Translations under genes and position numbers: made by a program
Notes under the pieces: model-generated
What the model was told of the DNA's origin: nothing
The model's database searches: none
What the model saw: the letters and a program-made list of their open reading frames with translations, nothing else
In this document: positions 20,948 to 32,117 of the stretch, piece by piece
Numbering within the stretch: the stretch's first letter is position 1
Layout of the letters: each line of letters starts with the position of its first letter
Assembly (NCBI GenBank): GCA_051873875.1
Contig: JBJEFI010000060.1
Span: 2,471-66,470 of the forward strand
Source: Bacillaceae bacterium
GTDB taxonomy: Bacteria; Bacillota; Bacilli; Bacillales; Bacillaceae_G
Direction: 5' to 3'
Length of the DNA: 64,000 nt

Positions 20948-21885
20948 GAAAACTTATTTTTCAGTTGTAAATACCGCTCTAATTCATCAATGATTTGAAG
21001 TAAATGGGCCCGTTCTTCAAATTCTTCCCTTGTTTTTGGAAGTTCCATCCCTCGAAATAACATCCGCATTTGATCAATTTCATACAACGTAATAATTGCT
21101 GTTCCCTTTGGACTAACAATCTTGCCTGTTTGTTCAATCAACGAAGCAACCCATCTCACATGTTCATGCTTCCCATCTATATGCATTAAAATATGAGCAA
21201 TATGCGTTAAGATATCAAGCTGTTTTTCCCGCATTTTAAAATATTGATAATAATAATCTCGTTCCCGTAGTGGATTATTCTCCAACTGACGTAAGGCAAT
21301 GTTTTTTGCCTTCGTAATTAATGTGGCCACTTCTTGAATATGCTTCTGTTCAAACGTTTCCTTCGTACCTGTCATCGTATCACTTATATCCGTCAGTATG
21401 TTCTTAAATCCATCTTCAATAAGTCGTTGATAATGTTGCAATTGTTTATCTAAATTAGGCATAAACATATTTATACTTAACGCAGCACCAATTCCAATTA
21501 CAACAAGCCAAAACTCGTTAATAAGCAAATCTAAATCAATGTGTTTTGATTTATATAAATGAAGCATGATAACAGAACTCGTTACAATCCCCTCTTGAAT
21601 TTTCAAACGAACAGTAACTGGAATATAAAAAAGGAGTAAAATCGTAATAACGATTGGATAATATCCAATTCCTTCAAATAAAAATGTCCCAAATAACATG
21701 ACAATCATACAGCAAAAAAAGCGAGACATAGCCGCTTGAAGAGAACGTTTCACTGTTACTTGTACACATAAAATTGCAATAATCCCCGCAGAAATATAAT
21801 TCTCTAATCCAGCACTTTCCGAAATCAAGATTGCAAGGCCTGTAGCTAGCCCTGTTTTTAATGTTCGATAACCTATTTGATACAT
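20917..21885 (-). CDS. Aromatic-acid-exporter/FUSC-like membrane protein (UPF0421, YqjA-like)
   Basis: 322 aa with an N-terminal TM bundle (YRTLKTGLATGLAI) and a C-terminal coiled soluble domain. Confidence 0.7.
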   Translation of the reverse strand: MYQIGYRTLKTGLATGLAILISESAGLENYISAGIIAILCVQVTVKRSLQAAMSRFFCCMIVMLFGTFLFEGIGYYPIVITILLLFYIPVTVRLKIQEGIVTSSVIMLHLYKSKHIDLDLLINEFWLVVIGIGAALSINMFMPNLDKQLQHYQRLIEDGFKNILTDISDTMTGTKETFEQKHIQEVATLITKAKNIALRQLENNPLRERDYYYQYFKMREKQLDILTHIAHILMHIDGKHEHVRWVASLIEQTGKIVSPKGTAIITLYEIDQMRMLFRGMELPKTREEFEERAHLLQIIDELERYLQLKNKFSKQRQTSGEH

Positions 21886-21907
21886 ATCTTTTCCTTTCCT
21901 TCTATAA

Positions 21908-22426
21908 TTACGGATAAATCCAACCTTTTTTCTTTCCTATTTGTTCGAATGTCTCTGGCGTACGGACGATATGTACAATTGAACCACTAGGAACTTGTTC
22001 ATATAATTCTTCAACGTTTTTATTATACATGCGAATGCATCCCTTGGATATGTATTTTCCAATTGAATTTGGCTGATTTGTTCCATGTATTCCATATTTT
22101 GTACCGTCTGTTCCTAATGCATCAAATCCTAACCACCTTGTACCTAAAGGATTTCTTGGATCACCACCAGGAATATTTTTAGCAATATAATATGGATTTT
22201 TGGCACGTTGAATAATTGTAAAGGTTCCTTCTGGTGTTAATTCTTTTGTTTTCCCTGTTGCAACAGGATACACCTTTACAATTTTTCCACCTCGAATAAA
22301 GGCTAATTTATTATTTTGTTTATTAACGATTAGAACAGGGCGATCAATTCGAAGAAAATCATAGTCTTCATCAATATGAATAGTAGGGTGAAAGAACATC
22401 ATTATTGCTATCAATAAGTGACTCAT
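21908..22426 (-). CDS. L,D-transpeptidase (YkuD domain, YqjB-like)
   Basis: Catalytic motif YGIHGT...SKGCIRM. The start is uncertain: ATG 22426 (MSHLL) has AAGGAG 8 nt upstream, while the track ORF extends to 22474. Confidence 0.85.
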   Translation of the reverse strand: MSHLLIAIMMFFHPTIHIDEDYDFLRIDRPVLIVNKQNNKLAFIRGGKIVKVYPVATGKTKELTPEGTFTIIQRAKNPYYIAKNIPGGDPRNPLGTRWLGFDALGTDGTKYGIHGTNQPNSIGKYISKGCIRMYNKNVEELYEQVPSGSIVHIVRTPETFEQIGKKKGWIYP

Positions 22427-22483
22427 CTTCATAACTCCTTTTCTTTTTCTTCTTAGCCTTTCCAATCGGAGCACAAATAACAG

Positions 22484-22514
22484 AAAAAAGACTGCTCTTA
22501 TTGAACAGTCTTTT
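22484..22514 (-). terminator. Terminator after the bacilliredoxin gene
   Basis: AAAAGACTG ... CAGTCTTTT with a U-run on the minus strand. Confidence 0.7.
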
Positions 22515-22519
22515 CTCTA

Positions 22520-22963
22520 TTATTCATTTATTTCTTGGCAATATTGATCAAAGTATTGCTGTAATTTTTGAACGACTTGCATTGGTTCATGTCCTTCAAT
22601 TTCATGGCGTTCAACCATTGCTAAGATTTTACCATCTTTTAATAATGCAAAGGATGGTGAAGATGGAGCATATCCTGTAAAATATTCTCTTGCTTTTGCA
22701 GTTGCTTCTTTATCTTGTCCAGCAAATACAGTTACAAGTTGATCTGGTCTTTTATCAAAATGAATACTATGTGCAGCAGCAGGACGTGCAATACCTCCTG
22801 CACAACCACATACAGAGTTAATCATACATAAAGTTACACCAGGATTAGCAAATGCATCTTCTACTTCCTCTACTGTTTTTAACTCTTCATAACCTGCATC
22901 TGTGATTTCTTTTCTTGCTAGCTTCACAACATCATTCATAAAAAAATTAAATTGAACGTTCAT
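22520..22963 (-). CDS. brxB: Bacilliredoxin (BrxA/BrxB family, YqiW-like)
   Basis: 147 aa with the redox motif SVCGCAGG, typical of DUF1094 bacilliredoxins. Confidence 0.85.
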   Translation of the reverse strand: MNVQFNFFMNDVVKLARKEITDAGYEELKTVEEVEDAFANPGVTLCMINSVCGCAGGIARPAAAHSIHFDKRPDQLVTVFAGQDKEATAKAREYFTGYAPSSPSFALLKDGKILAMVERHEIEGHEPMQVVQKLQQYFDQYCQEINE

Positions 22964-23017
22964 AAGCCACTTCCTTTCATTACCATAATAATAGCAATTT
23001 CTGTTTATAAGCTCAAC

Positions 23018-24040
23018 TCATTTACTCGTTAATACGTTATCTAACAAGGTAGAGAATTGTTCGACAGATTGGAAAACGGACTTTTCATTTGTTTGAATAT
23101 CTTCTTTTAATTGAGCAACGGTACCTTTCATTTCTTCTAAAGATAAAACACGATCCACAATCATTCGTTCTAATGTAGATTCAAACCAATGTAAGTTTTG
23201 CATAAGTCGTCTTTTTTCTAACGATACCGCTCCATTAAAAAACTCAATAATCATTTGTAGTGTTTCATCCATTCCTTCGCTATATAAAGAGGAACACGTT
23301 AATACTCTCGGAGACCATCCTTCTGTAATTGGTGGGAATAAAGTCATCATACTTCGATATAATTGAGCTGTTTCTTGGGCAGCAATCTTATTATCTCCAT
23401 CTGCTTTATTGATTAAAATACCGTCTACTAATTCAAGTATCCCCCGCTTTATTCCTTGTATTTCATCACCAGCTCCTGTAAGGGCAACTAAAAGAAAGAA
23501 ATCAACCATGTCTCTTACAATTGTTTCTACTTGCCCTACGCCTACGGTTTCAACAATAATAATGTCAAAACCAGCCGCTTCACATAAAAGAATACTTTCC
23601 CTTGTACTGCGATTGACACCACCTAATGTACCACTCGTTGGTGAAGGTCGAATAAAGGAATTTGGATGTTGCGATAAAGTTTGCATCCGAAGTTTATCCC
23701 CTAATATACTACCTCCTGAAATGGTACTAGATGGGTCAACAGCTAAGACAGCCACTTTATATCCTTTTTCACATAAATAAGTACCAAATGTATTAATAAA
23801 TGTACTTTTCCCTGCTCCTGGCACACCTGAAATCCCAATTCGATAACTTTTATTAGCATATGGCATTACATCGTGTAATAGCTGCTCACCAAGTTTACGG
23901 AAAGAGGACTTTTGACTTTCTAATAATGTAATCCCTCTAGAAAGGGCTACTATGTCTCCTTTTATTAGTTCCTCTTTTAATTGATCGACAGAAATTGGCT
24001 TACGCATTGCCATCCCATCCAAGGCGTTTTTCAATTTCAT
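23018..24040 (-). CDS. meaB: Methylmalonyl-CoA mutase-associated GTPase MeaB (ArgK-type)
   Basis: Has the P-loop [10 protein letters not shown] and an INKADG NKxD-like motif. The start is uncertain: candidates are 24040, 24013 and 24007, the last overlapping the mutB stop as ATGcgTAA. Confidence 0.88.
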   Translation of the reverse strand: MKLKNALDGMAMRKPISVDQLKEELIKGDIVALSRGITLLESQKSSFRKLGEQLLHDVMPYANKSYRIGISGVPGAGKSTFINTFGTYLCEKGYKVAVLAVDPSSTISGGSILGDKLRMQTLSQHPNSFIRPSPTSGTLGGVNRSTRESILLCEAAGFDIIIVETVGVGQVETIVRDMVDFFLLVALTGAGDEIQGIKRGILELVDGILINKADGDNKIAAQETAQLYRSMMTLFPPITEGWSPRVLTCSSLYSEGMDETLQMIIEFFNGAVSLEKRRLMQNLHWFESTLERMIVDRVLSLEEMKGTVAQLKEDIQTNEKSVFQSVEQFSTLLDNVLTSK

Positions 24041-26069
24041 TTATAATAATCGTTGCAGCTTTTGGAATAACCGTACCTGGTCCAAAAATAGCTGCTACTC
24101 CTGCTTGTTTTAATCCTTCATAATCTTGTTCTGGAATAACACCACCACAAATGACAACAATATCCTCACGTCCATATTTTTTCAATTCTTCAATAACTTG
24201 AGGAACTAAAATATTATGGGCTCCTGCTAATGAACTTACACCGATACAATGTACATCATTTTCAACTGCTTGTCGTACTGCTTCTTCAGCGGTTTGGAAA
24301 AGTGGTCCCATATCTACATCAAATCCTAAATCAGCATAACCACTTGCTACGACTTTCGCACCTCTATCATGACCATCTTGTCCTAGTTTGATGATTAAAA
24401 TACGTGGACGACGACCTTCTTCTTCAACAAATGCTTCTACTTGTTTTCGAACAGCTTCAATTTCATCTTGATGTTGGTAATTAGCACTATATACACCTGT
24501 CACATGATTGTGATTAGCCTCATAACGACCACTTACTTCTTCAATTGCCATGGAAATCTCCCCTAAGGTAGCACGAACTCTGGCTGCATCAACAGACAAT
24601 TTTAATAAATTTCCTTCTCCAGTTTTGACCGCTTCTGTAAGTGCTGTTAACGCTGCTTGTACCGCTTCATTATCTCGTGTTTCTTTTACTTTTTTTAATC
24701 GTGCTAATTGATTTTTTAATACTAGGTCATGATTAACTGCTAAAATTGGGATATCTGCTTTTTCATTGCTTTCGTATATATTTACCCCAATAATTTTTTC
24801 TGTGCCAGAATCAATTAATGCTTGGCGTTTCGTTGCTACTTCCTCAATTCTCATTTTTGGAATACCTTGTTCGATCGCCTTTGTCATACCACCAAGTTTT
24901 TCAATTTCTTTTAAATGAACGAGCGCTTTTTCTACTAATTCATTTGTTAATTGTTCTACATAGTAAGAACCACCTAATGGGTCAATATAACTGCATAAGT
25001 CTGTCTCTTTTTGAATATATAATTGGGTATTACGAGCAATTCGCGCTGAAAAATCAGTTGGTAAGGCAATTGCTTCATCCAGTGCATTTGTATGTAAAGA
25101 CTGTGTACCACCTGTTGTCGCCGCAAATGCCTCAATACACGTTCTAGCAATGTTATTAAATGGATCTTGTTCTGTTAATGACCAGCCTGATGTTTGTGAG
25201 TGGGCACGAAGCATGGATGATTTTTTATTTTTAGGCTGAAATTGTTCCATTAATGTTGCCCATAATAAACGACCAGCACGGAGTTTCGCTACCTCTAAGA
25301 AGTAATCCATTCCAATTCCCCAGAAGAACGATAACCGTGGGGCAAAATCATCAATTGGAATACCTGCTTCTATCCCTGTTTTTACATATTCAAGTCCATC
25401 TGCTAACGTATATGCTAATTCTAAATCTGCACTAGCCCCTGCTTCTTGCATATGGTAACCAGAAATACTAATGCTATTAAATTTCGGCATATGTTCAGAC
25501 GTATATTGAAAAATATCACTAATAATTTTCATTGATGTTTGAGGTGGATAAATATATGTATTTCGAACCATATATTCTTTCAAAATGTCATTTTGAATTG
25601 TCCCTGATAACAATTCTTGAGACACCCCTTGTTCCTCTGCTGCAATAATATAAAAAGCCATAATTGGTAAAACCGCACCATTCATTGTCATCGATACAGA
25701 CATTTTATCTAATGGAATATCTTGAAATAATATTTTCATATCTTCTATGCTATCAATGGCTACACCCGCTTTCCCTACATCCCCTTGAACGCGGGGATGA
25801 TCAGAATCATAACCGCGGTGTGTTGCCAAATCAAAAGCAACAGATAATCCCTTTTGTCCTGCTGCTAAATTACGCTTATAAAAGGCATTACTTTCCTCAG
25901 CAGTAGAAAAACCAGCATACTGGCGAATTGTCCACGGACGATTTGTATACATTAGTGGATAAACACCTCGAATATACGGTGCAAATCCTGGCATAAAATT
26001 AGTAAAATCATAGTCTTTTCTTTTTTCTGTGCATGTTGGACGAGTAAAAGTTTGAAATACTTGTCTCAT
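24000..26069 (-). CDS. mutB: Methylmalonyl-CoA mutase, large (catalytic, B12-binding) subunit
   Basis: 689 aa with a TIM-barrel N-terminal part ([18 protein letters not shown]) and a C-terminal cobalamin-binding DxHxxG motif ([12 protein letters not shown]). Confidence 0.93.
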   Translation of the reverse strand: MRQVFQTFTRPTCTEKRKDYDFTNFMPGFAPYIRGVYPLMYTNRPWTIRQYAGFSTAEESNAFYKRNLAAGQKGLSVAFDLATHRGYDSDHPRVQGDVGKAGVAIDSIEDMKILFQDIPLDKMSVSMTMNGAVLPIMAFYIIAAEEQGVSQELLSGTIQNDILKEYMVRNTYIYPPQTSMKIISDIFQYTSEHMPKFNSISISGYHMQEAGASADLELAYTLADGLEYVKTGIEAGIPIDDFAPRLSFFWGIGMDYFLEVAKLRAGRLLWATLMEQFQPKNKKSSMLRAHSQTSGWSLTEQDPFNNIARTCIEAFAATTGGTQSLHTNALDEAIALPTDFSARIARNTQLYIQKETDLCSYIDPLGGSYYVEQLTNELVEKALVHLKEIEKLGGMTKAIEQGIPKMRIEEVATKRQALIDSGTEKIIGVNIYESNEKADIPILAVNHDLVLKNQLARLKKVKETRDNEAVQAALTALTEAVKTGEGNLLKLSVDAARVRATLGEISMAIEEVSGRYEANHNHVTGVYSANYQHQDEIEAVRKQVEAFVEEEGRRPRILIIKLGQDGHDRGAKVVASGYADLGFDVDMGPLFQTAEEAVRQAVENDVHCIGVSSLAGAHNILVPQVIEELKKYGREDIVVICGGVIPEQDYEGLKQAGVAAIFGPGTVIPKAATIIINEIEKRLGWDGNA

Positions 26070-27181
26070 TATAATTCACCTCTACTTGTTAACAGACGTT
26101 TATTTTCATAGTTGAAGATACCACCTGCAGCTTCTATTTCTAAAAACTGTTGCCATGCTTTTTCACTAATATCATAAGTTAATTCCTCAATTGTATATGC
26201 ACCTGCTAATGGATCCTTTACACGATTTACTTTACTTTCTTGAAGTAAAATATGCTGCACATTTCGTGCTAGTCGAGTGCCTTCCTCTCCATCAAATGTG
26301 CGAAGGTAAAGATAATTTGCCCCTCCTACGATACTAGCAAACCCTTGTAATGTAGCTGCAACTAATGTATCATGACGATTTTCTTCTGTTGTTTCTGTTA
26401 GTTTTGTTTCACTAATAATTGTAGGCTCAATTTGTTCTACTCCATATTGATCAAGCAATGTTGCCCATAAAACATGGCATGCTCTTAATTTACTAATTTC
26501 TAAAAAGACAGAATGTCCAACTCCGGTTTTCCAAACAAGATGTTTCAGAACATCTTTTGGTTCAAATCCTTCTTCTTTTAATGTTTCTACCCATTGGACA
26601 GCGCTTGCAAAAAAGAATGCCAATTCACCTACGACTGTTCCTTCTTGTTTCGTGGTATCAATCACAGCACACTTTACAGACAAATTATGTTCATTTATAA
26701 ACGTAATTGCCTTTACCAATTCCGGCTGTTGAGCTTCTTCAGATAAAGAAAGTGCGATAATGCCACATTCCTTTTCTTCCTTCTGTTCAAAAAAAGCATG
26801 TACATATTTCATTACGTCTTCAATATCTTTGTTAACTTCTAAACAAAAATGATTAAATGGCACATCTTGCAAAGATTGAGCCACTTTCTCAAATGAATTA
26901 AAACAATTTTCAATTGTATGTTGATTAAGATGAACAACTTGTTGATCATAATCATTTACTTGTTTTAATAATGCCTGTAAATGATCAGCTGAATCTGAGA
27001 CTATCTGTTGTGCAATCAAACATTCCGTTGGAAATGATGGTAATGATGGATAACTTCTTTGTTTTGTTGATAAAATTGGAACACGAATTCCTTCTACTTC
27101 TTTTTCAATTGGGCTATTAAATTTACTTGCAACTTCTTTCCAATCTTCAAAGGAATACGGATGAAAATTTTTAAAATTCAT
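26069..27181 (-). CDS. mutA: Methylmalonyl-CoA mutase small-subunit-like protein (short form)
   Basis: 370 aa with mutase-barrel-like stretches ([24 protein letters not shown]) but no B12-binding-type C-terminal domain. It is coupled to mutB by a TAATG overlap. Confidence 0.7.
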   Translation of the reverse strand: MNFKNFHPYSFEDWKEVASKFNSPIEKEVEGIRVPILSTKQRSYPSLPSFPTECLIAQQIVSDSADHLQALLKQVNDYDQQVVHLNQHTIENCFNSFEKVAQSLQDVPFNHFCLEVNKDIEDVMKYVHAFFEQKEEKECGIIALSLSEEAQQPELVKAITFINEHNLSVKCAVIDTTKQEGTVVGELAFFFASAVQWVETLKEEGFEPKDVLKHLVWKTGVGHSVFLEISKLRACHVLWATLLDQYGVEQIEPTIISETKLTETTEENRHDTLVAATLQGFASIVGGANYLYLRTFDGEEGTRLARNVQHILLQESKVNRVKDPLAGAYTIEELTYDISEKAWQQFLEIEAAGGIFNYENKRLLTSRGEL

Positions 27182-27284
27182 AATAATCCCCTCCTATGTC
27201 TAGTTTACAACGAAAGCGCTCTATATTTCACAAATAAAGGTACCTCTATAATCATTTTTTTTCGACAAATACGCCATTTTATGT

Positions 27285-27315
27285 AAATAAAAAGACACGG
27301 CGGGAACGTGTCTTT
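27285..27315 (-). terminator. Terminator at the end of the bkd operon
   Basis: AAAGACACG ... CGTGTCTTT with a U-rich tail on the minus strand. Confidence 0.7.
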
Positions 27316-27324
27316 CCATTATCT

Positions 27325-28578
27325 TCAATATAGAGAAGTTGTTTCCTGATTCATTCCCTCTAATATTTCTTTTACTCTACCTAAAAATTGTCCACAAATG
27401 TATCCGTCTAAAACACGATGATCTAATGATAAACATAAGTTAACCATGCTACGCACAGCAATCATATCATTTACGATTACAGGTCGTTTCACAATTGATT
27501 CCACTTGTAAAATTGCCGCTTGTGGATAATTAATAATACCGGCAGATGCAACAGACCCAAAAGAACCTGTATTATTTAGTGTAAATGTACCTCCACTACT
27601 ATCATCTACTTTTAATTTTCCAGTTCTTGCTTTGTTCGCCAATTCATAAATATCCCTAGCAATTCCTTTAATACTTTTTTCATCTGCATGTTTAATAACA
27701 GGAACAAATAGCTCTCCTTCATTTGCAACAGCGATTGAAATATTAACGTCTTTTCGAATAATAATATTCTCTTTTGCCCATGTTGCGTTTATCATTGGAA
27801 ACTCTTTTAATGCAGTAGCAACAGCTTTAACGAAAAAGGCGAAGAAAGTAAGTGAAAAACCTTCTCTCTCTTTAAATTCTTTCTTTACTTTATTCCGATA
27901 GTTTACGAGATTTGTTACATCAACTTCTATCATCATCCATGCATGTGGAATTTCATGTTTACTGCGAACCATATTTGCCGCAATTGAACGACGAATAGCC
28001 GTTACAGGTATAACAGTATCATTTCCATTAATTTGTGGAATGGTTACTTGTTCTTGTTTTACATTTTTTTGTGGTTGAACAGGTACTTCTACCGTTCTCA
28101 TTTCTACCTCTTTTGTTTCTACTTTTTGTGTTGGTTTGTTTTCAATAAATTGTAAAACATCTTTACGTGTTACACGGCCGTTCATTCCTGTTCCATTAAT
28201 CATTGTTAAATCAATTTCGTGTTGGTTTGCCAACGATAATACAGCTGGAGAATAACGCACTTTCTTATCTGTTTGTACTTCAGAGGCTACAGTCACTTCT
28301 TCTTTAACCATAACGGTTTCTTCTTTCGATGAAGCGCTTTCTGTTTCGATGAAACAAATAATCTCTCCAACCTCTAACGTATCATCCTCTTTTGCAACTA
28401 ATTCTTTAATAATACCTTCAAAGGAAGATGGAATTTCTGCATTTACTTTGTCTGTCATCACTTCAGCCAGTGGATCATATTTATTTACTTTATCTCCTAC
28501 AGAAACAAGCCACTTACTTATCGTTCCTTCTGTTACACTTTCGCCAAGCTGAGGCATCGTAATTTTTTCAATAGCCAC
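27325..28578 (-). CDS. bkdB: Branched-chain 2-oxoacid dehydrogenase E2 (lipoamide acyltransferase)
   Basis: Has a lipoyl domain (EVMTDKVNAEI), an E3-binding domain and the catalytic DHRVLDG motif. Confidence 0.92.
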   Translation of the reverse strand: MAIEKITMPQLGESVTEGTISKWLVSVGDKVNKYDPLAEVMTDKVNAEIPSSFEGIIKELVAKEDDTLEVGEIICFIETESASSKEETVMVKEEVTVASEVQTDKKVRYSPAVLSLANQHEIDLTMINGTGMNGRVTRKDVLQFIENKPTQKVETKEVEMRTVEVPVQPQKNVKQEQVTIPQINGNDTVIPVTAIRRSIAANMVRSKHEIPHAWMMIEVDVTNLVNYRNKVKKEFKEREGFSLTFFAFFVKAVATALKEFPMINATWAKENIIIRKDVNISIAVANEGELFVPVIKHADEKSIKGIARDIYELANKARTGKLKVDDSSGGTFTLNNTGSFGSVASAGIINYPQAAILQVESIVKRPVIVNDMIAVRSMVNLCLSLDHRVLDGYICGQFLGRVKEILEGMNQETTSLY

Positions 28579-28595
28579 ATATACTCCCCCTTGTT

Positions 28596-29579
28596 TTAAA
28601 ATAAGGCTAGCTCTCTTGCTGCTACTTCAATTTTATCTGGGTTTATCATAAAGAATTTTTCCATTGTAGGTGCATATGGCATAGCCGGAATATCTGGACC
28701 ACATACTCGTTTAATTGGTGCATCTAAGTCAAATAAACAATTTTCCGCAATAATTGCCGCTACTTCACTCATCACACTACCTTCTTTTGTATCCTCTGTT
28801 ACGAGTAATACCTTTCCTGTCTTTGAAGTTGCCTCAATAATGCTTTGTGCATCTAATGGATAAACGGTACGCAAATCTAAAATATGAGTAGAAATTCCCT
28901 CTTTCTCTAATCGTTCAGCTGCTTGAATGGCGAATTGAACACATAGTCCATATGTGATAATTGTAATATCTGTTCCTTCTCTTTTTACATCTGCTTTGCC
29001 AATTGGAAGTGTATAATCTGTTTCAGGTACTTCTCCTTTTATTAGACGATAAGCACGCTTATGTTCAAAAAATAAAACTGGATCATTATCACGAATTGCC
29101 GATTTTAATAACCCCTTCGCATCATAAGGAGTAGAAGGAATAACAATTTTTAAACCTGGTTGATTGGCAAACAATGCTTCTACAGATTGAGAATGGTACA
29201 ATGCGCCATGAATACCGCCACCAAAAGGAGCGCGAATAGTAAGTGGACAATTCCAATCATTATTAGAACGATAACGAATCTTTGCCGCTTCCGAGACGAT
29301 TTGGTTCACAGCTGGCATAATAAAATCAGCAAATTGCATTTCGGCAACTGGTCGTAATCCGTACATTGCCGCTCCAATGCCAACACCGGCAATAGCCGAT
29401 TCAGCCAATGGTGTATCAATAACACGATTTTCACCAAAGCGGTCATACAACCCTTGAGTCGCTTTAAAAACGCCCCCCTTTACCCCAACATCTTCTCCTA
29501 ATACGAATACTTTTGAATCTCGCTCCATTTCTTCATGTAACGCTAAGTTAATAGCATCTATATATGATAATACAGCCAT
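28596..29579 (-). CDS. bkdAB: Branched-chain 2-oxoacid dehydrogenase E1 beta
   Basis: 327 aa of transketolase-like pyrimidine-binding E1-beta type, in operon context. Confidence 0.92.
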   Translation of the reverse strand: MAVLSYIDAINLALHEEMERDSKVFVLGEDVGVKGGVFKATQGLYDRFGENRVIDTPLAESAIAGVGIGAAMYGLRPVAEMQFADFIMPAVNQIVSEAAKIRYRSNNDWNCPLTIRAPFGGGIHGALYHSQSVEALFANQPGLKIVIPSTPYDAKGLLKSAIRDNDPVLFFEHKRAYRLIKGEVPETDYTLPIGKADVKREGTDITIITYGLCVQFAIQAAERLEKEGISTHILDLRTVYPLDAQSIIEATSKTGKVLLVTEDTKEGSVMSEVAAIIAENCLFDLDAPIKRVCGPDIPAMPYAPTMEKFFMINPDKIEVAARELALF

Positions 29580-29591
29580 TTGCTTATCCCC

Positions 29592-30599
29592 CTATTCTTC
29601 GTATACGTATCGAAGTGCATGTTCTGGCTTTGCATAGTCGGCTTGTTCTGCATACTCCGTTGCTTCGTTTACTAATTTTGTAATTTTATTCATCATCTGT
29701 GATTTCATTTCATCATTTAAAATGTTTGTATCACGCAAATATTTTTCAAAAGAAAGTAAACAATCTTTTTCTCTTATTGCTTCTAATTCTTCTTTTGAAC
29801 GATAAACTCGGTCATCATCATCACTCGAATGAGCTGTTAAACGATTCGTAATTGCTTCAATTAACGTTGGTCCTTCTCCTTTTTTTGCCCGCTCAGTTGC
29901 TTCTTTTACAACTTTATATACTTCTAATGGATCATTTCCGTTAACTGTAAAACCTGGCATGCCATAGCCAATTGCACGGTCTGATACACGCTCACAACCT
30001 AATTGTTTACTAACTGGAACAGAAATAGCATATTTATTGTTTTCACACATAAAAATAACAGGTAACTTGTGAACACCCGCAAAATTGGCTCCCTCATGAA
30101 AATCACCTTGATTCGAAGAACCTTCTCCAAAGGTTGTAAATGCAACGACATTTTTTCCTTCGATTTTTCCGGCTAAGGCGATTCCAACAGCATGAGGCAC
30201 TTGTGTCGTTACTGGTGAAGACCCTGTTACAATTCGATTTTTCTTTTGACCAAAATGACTAGGCATTTGACGTCCACCTGAATTTGGATCCTCTGCTTTG
30301 GCAAAGGCAGATAACATTAATTCTTTCGCTGTCATGCCAAAAGCAAGAACAACACCCATGTCACGATAATATGGCAATACATAATCTTCTTCTCGATTCA
30401 ACGCAAATGCTGCGCCAACTTGTGCAGCTTCTTGCCCTTGACAAGAAATGACAAATGGAATTTTTCCTGCTCGATTTAATAGCCACATCCGCTCATCCAA
30501 CTTACGAGCTAAAAGCATTGTTTCATACATGTTTAATACTTCTTCATCTGTTAACCCAAGTGCATCATGTTTATTTTGAACAATCATTTCTTCTCCCAT
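29592..30599 (-). CDS. bkdAA: Branched-chain 2-oxoacid dehydrogenase E1 alpha
   Basis: 335 aa with a TPP-binding GEGSSNQGDFHEGANFA motif. Confidence 0.92.
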   Translation of the reverse strand: MGEEMIVQNKHDALGLTDEEVLNMYETMLLARKLDERMWLLNRAGKIPFVISCQGQEAAQVGAAFALNREEDYVLPYYRDMGVVLAFGMTAKELMLSAFAKAEDPNSGGRQMPSHFGQKKNRIVTGSSPVTTQVPHAVGIALAGKIEGKNVVAFTTFGEGSSNQGDFHEGANFAGVHKLPVIFMCENNKYAISVPVSKQLGCERVSDRAIGYGMPGFTVNGNDPLEVYKVVKEATERAKKGEGPTLIEAITNRLTAHSSDDDDRVYRSKEELEAIREKDCLLSFEKYLRDTNILNDEMKSQMMNKITKLVNEATEYAEQADYAKPEHALRYVYEE

Positions 30600-30615
30600 T
30601 ACAATACCCCCATTT

Positions 30616-32037
30616 TTAAGAATGTAATGCGTTTCCTTCGACCGCTAAGGCTGCTTCTCCAATCGCCTCTGATAAAGATGGATGAGGATGAATCGTTTTG
30701 CCTATTTCAAGCGCAGTTGCATCTAACACTTGTGCTAAGGTTGCTTCTGAAATCATATTTGTCACTTGTGGCCCAATCATATGCACACCTAATAAATCAT
30801 CATTTTCCTCATTTACAATTACTTTTACAAATCCATCTACTTCTCCATAAACAAGCGCTTTTCCAATACCCCTAAAGGAAAATTTAGCACTTTTTACTTT
30901 GTATCCTTGGTTTACTGCCTCCTGTTCTGTTATCCCAACAGAAGCTACTTCTGGATGACTATATACACATTTTGGAACATGATTGATGCTCATTAGAGTT
31001 GGTTGTAAACCTGCCATATGTTCAACTGCAATAATTCCTTCGTGAGAAGCAACATGAGCCAATTGCAAGCCACCAATAACATCGCCAATGGCATAAATAT
31101 GTGATTCTTTCGTTTGATAAAATTCATTTACAACAATAATCCCTTTGTCTGTTACAATGTCTGTATTTTCAAGCCCAATATTTGTAATGTTTGCAGAGCG
31201 TCCAACAGAAACAAGCATTTTGTCAGCTATAAATTCTTGTTTAACCCCTTTTACTTCTGCACATATAGACACTGCCCCATTTACTTCTAATGTCGTTGGT
31301 AGAACATTCGCTCCAGTTATCATTTTGATTTTTTTCTTTTTAAAGAGCCTTGTCATTTCTTTGGAAATATCCTCGTCCTCTAATGGAAGAATTCGATTTG
31401 CATATTCAAGGATTGTCACTTCAACCCCAAAATCAGATAACATAGAAGCCCACTCAATTCCGATTACACCACCGCCAACGATAATAATAGACTTAGGAAG
31501 CTTCTGCATCTCTAACGCTTCATCGGAAGTCATAACAAATTCCCCATCAATTTGTAATCCTTGTAAAGATCTTGGTTTTGAACCTGTAGCAATAATCACA
31601 TTTTTTGGAATTAGAATTTCATTATCACTGCCATCATTCATCTCAACAGAAATTGATCCTGGCATTGGTGAAAAAATAGATGGACCTAAAATTCGGCCAT
31701 ATCCTTCATATACATCAATTTTTCCTTGTTTCATTAAATGTAAAATCCCTTTGTGTAGTTGGTCGATAATTTTTGTTTTACGTTGTTGAATTCCTTCCAT
31801 ATTTAAGGATACTTCGCCAACTTCAATGCCAAATTCACTTGCTTTTTTCGCTGTCACGTATACTTCTGCACTACGTAACAATGCCTTACTTGGAATACAG
31901 CCTTGATGCAAACATGTTCCGCCTAGCTTTTTACTTTCCACAATCGCTGTTTTTAATCCAAGCTGAGAGGCTCGAATCGCAGCTACATATCCACCTGGTC
32001 CTCCACCTAATACAACTACATCATATTCGATTGCCAT
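30616..32037 (-). CDS. lpdV: Dihydrolipoyl dehydrogenase (E3) of the bkd complex
   Basis: 473 aa with a GGGPGGY FAD motif and the redox disulfide GGTCLHQGCIPSK. Confidence 0.93.
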   Translation of the reverse strand: MAIEYDVVVLGGGPGGYVAAIRASQLGLKTAIVESKKLGGTCLHQGCIPSKALLRSAEVYVTAKKASEFGIEVGEVSLNMEGIQQRKTKIIDQLHKGILHLMKQGKIDVYEGYGRILGPSIFSPMPGSISVEMNDGSDNEILIPKNVIIATGSKPRSLQGLQIDGEFVMTSDEALEMQKLPKSIIIVGGGVIGIEWASMLSDFGVEVTILEYANRILPLEDEDISKEMTRLFKKKKIKMITGANVLPTTLEVNGAVSICAEVKGVKQEFIADKMLVSVGRSANITNIGLENTDIVTDKGIIVVNEFYQTKESHIYAIGDVIGGLQLAHVASHEGIIAVEHMAGLQPTLMSINHVPKCVYSHPEVASVGITEQEAVNQGYKVKSAKFSFRGIGKALVYGEVDGFVKVIVNEENDDLLGVHMIGPQVTNMISEATLAQVLDATALEIGKTIHPHPSLSEAIGEAALAVEGNALHS

Positions 32038-32117
32038 TGTGTCACACTCCTACATTATTTTAAAAACCACATATTAGTAAGATTATCTGTACTTGTTAAC
32101 TAACCGACAGATAATGT

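Noticed and set aside
27261-27267. Exact 0A box (TGTCGAA, minus strand) upstream of mutA
   Set aside because: It is a single heptamer. Such a 7-mer is expected several times by chance in 2 x 64 kb of AT-rich DNA, and there is no supporting second box or promoter context.
31145-31789. 214-aa ORF antisense to lpdV
   Set aside because: It is a long antisense frame inside a highly conserved E3 gene. It is Ser/Ile/Phe-rich low-complexity sequence with no RBS, a typical shadow ORF.
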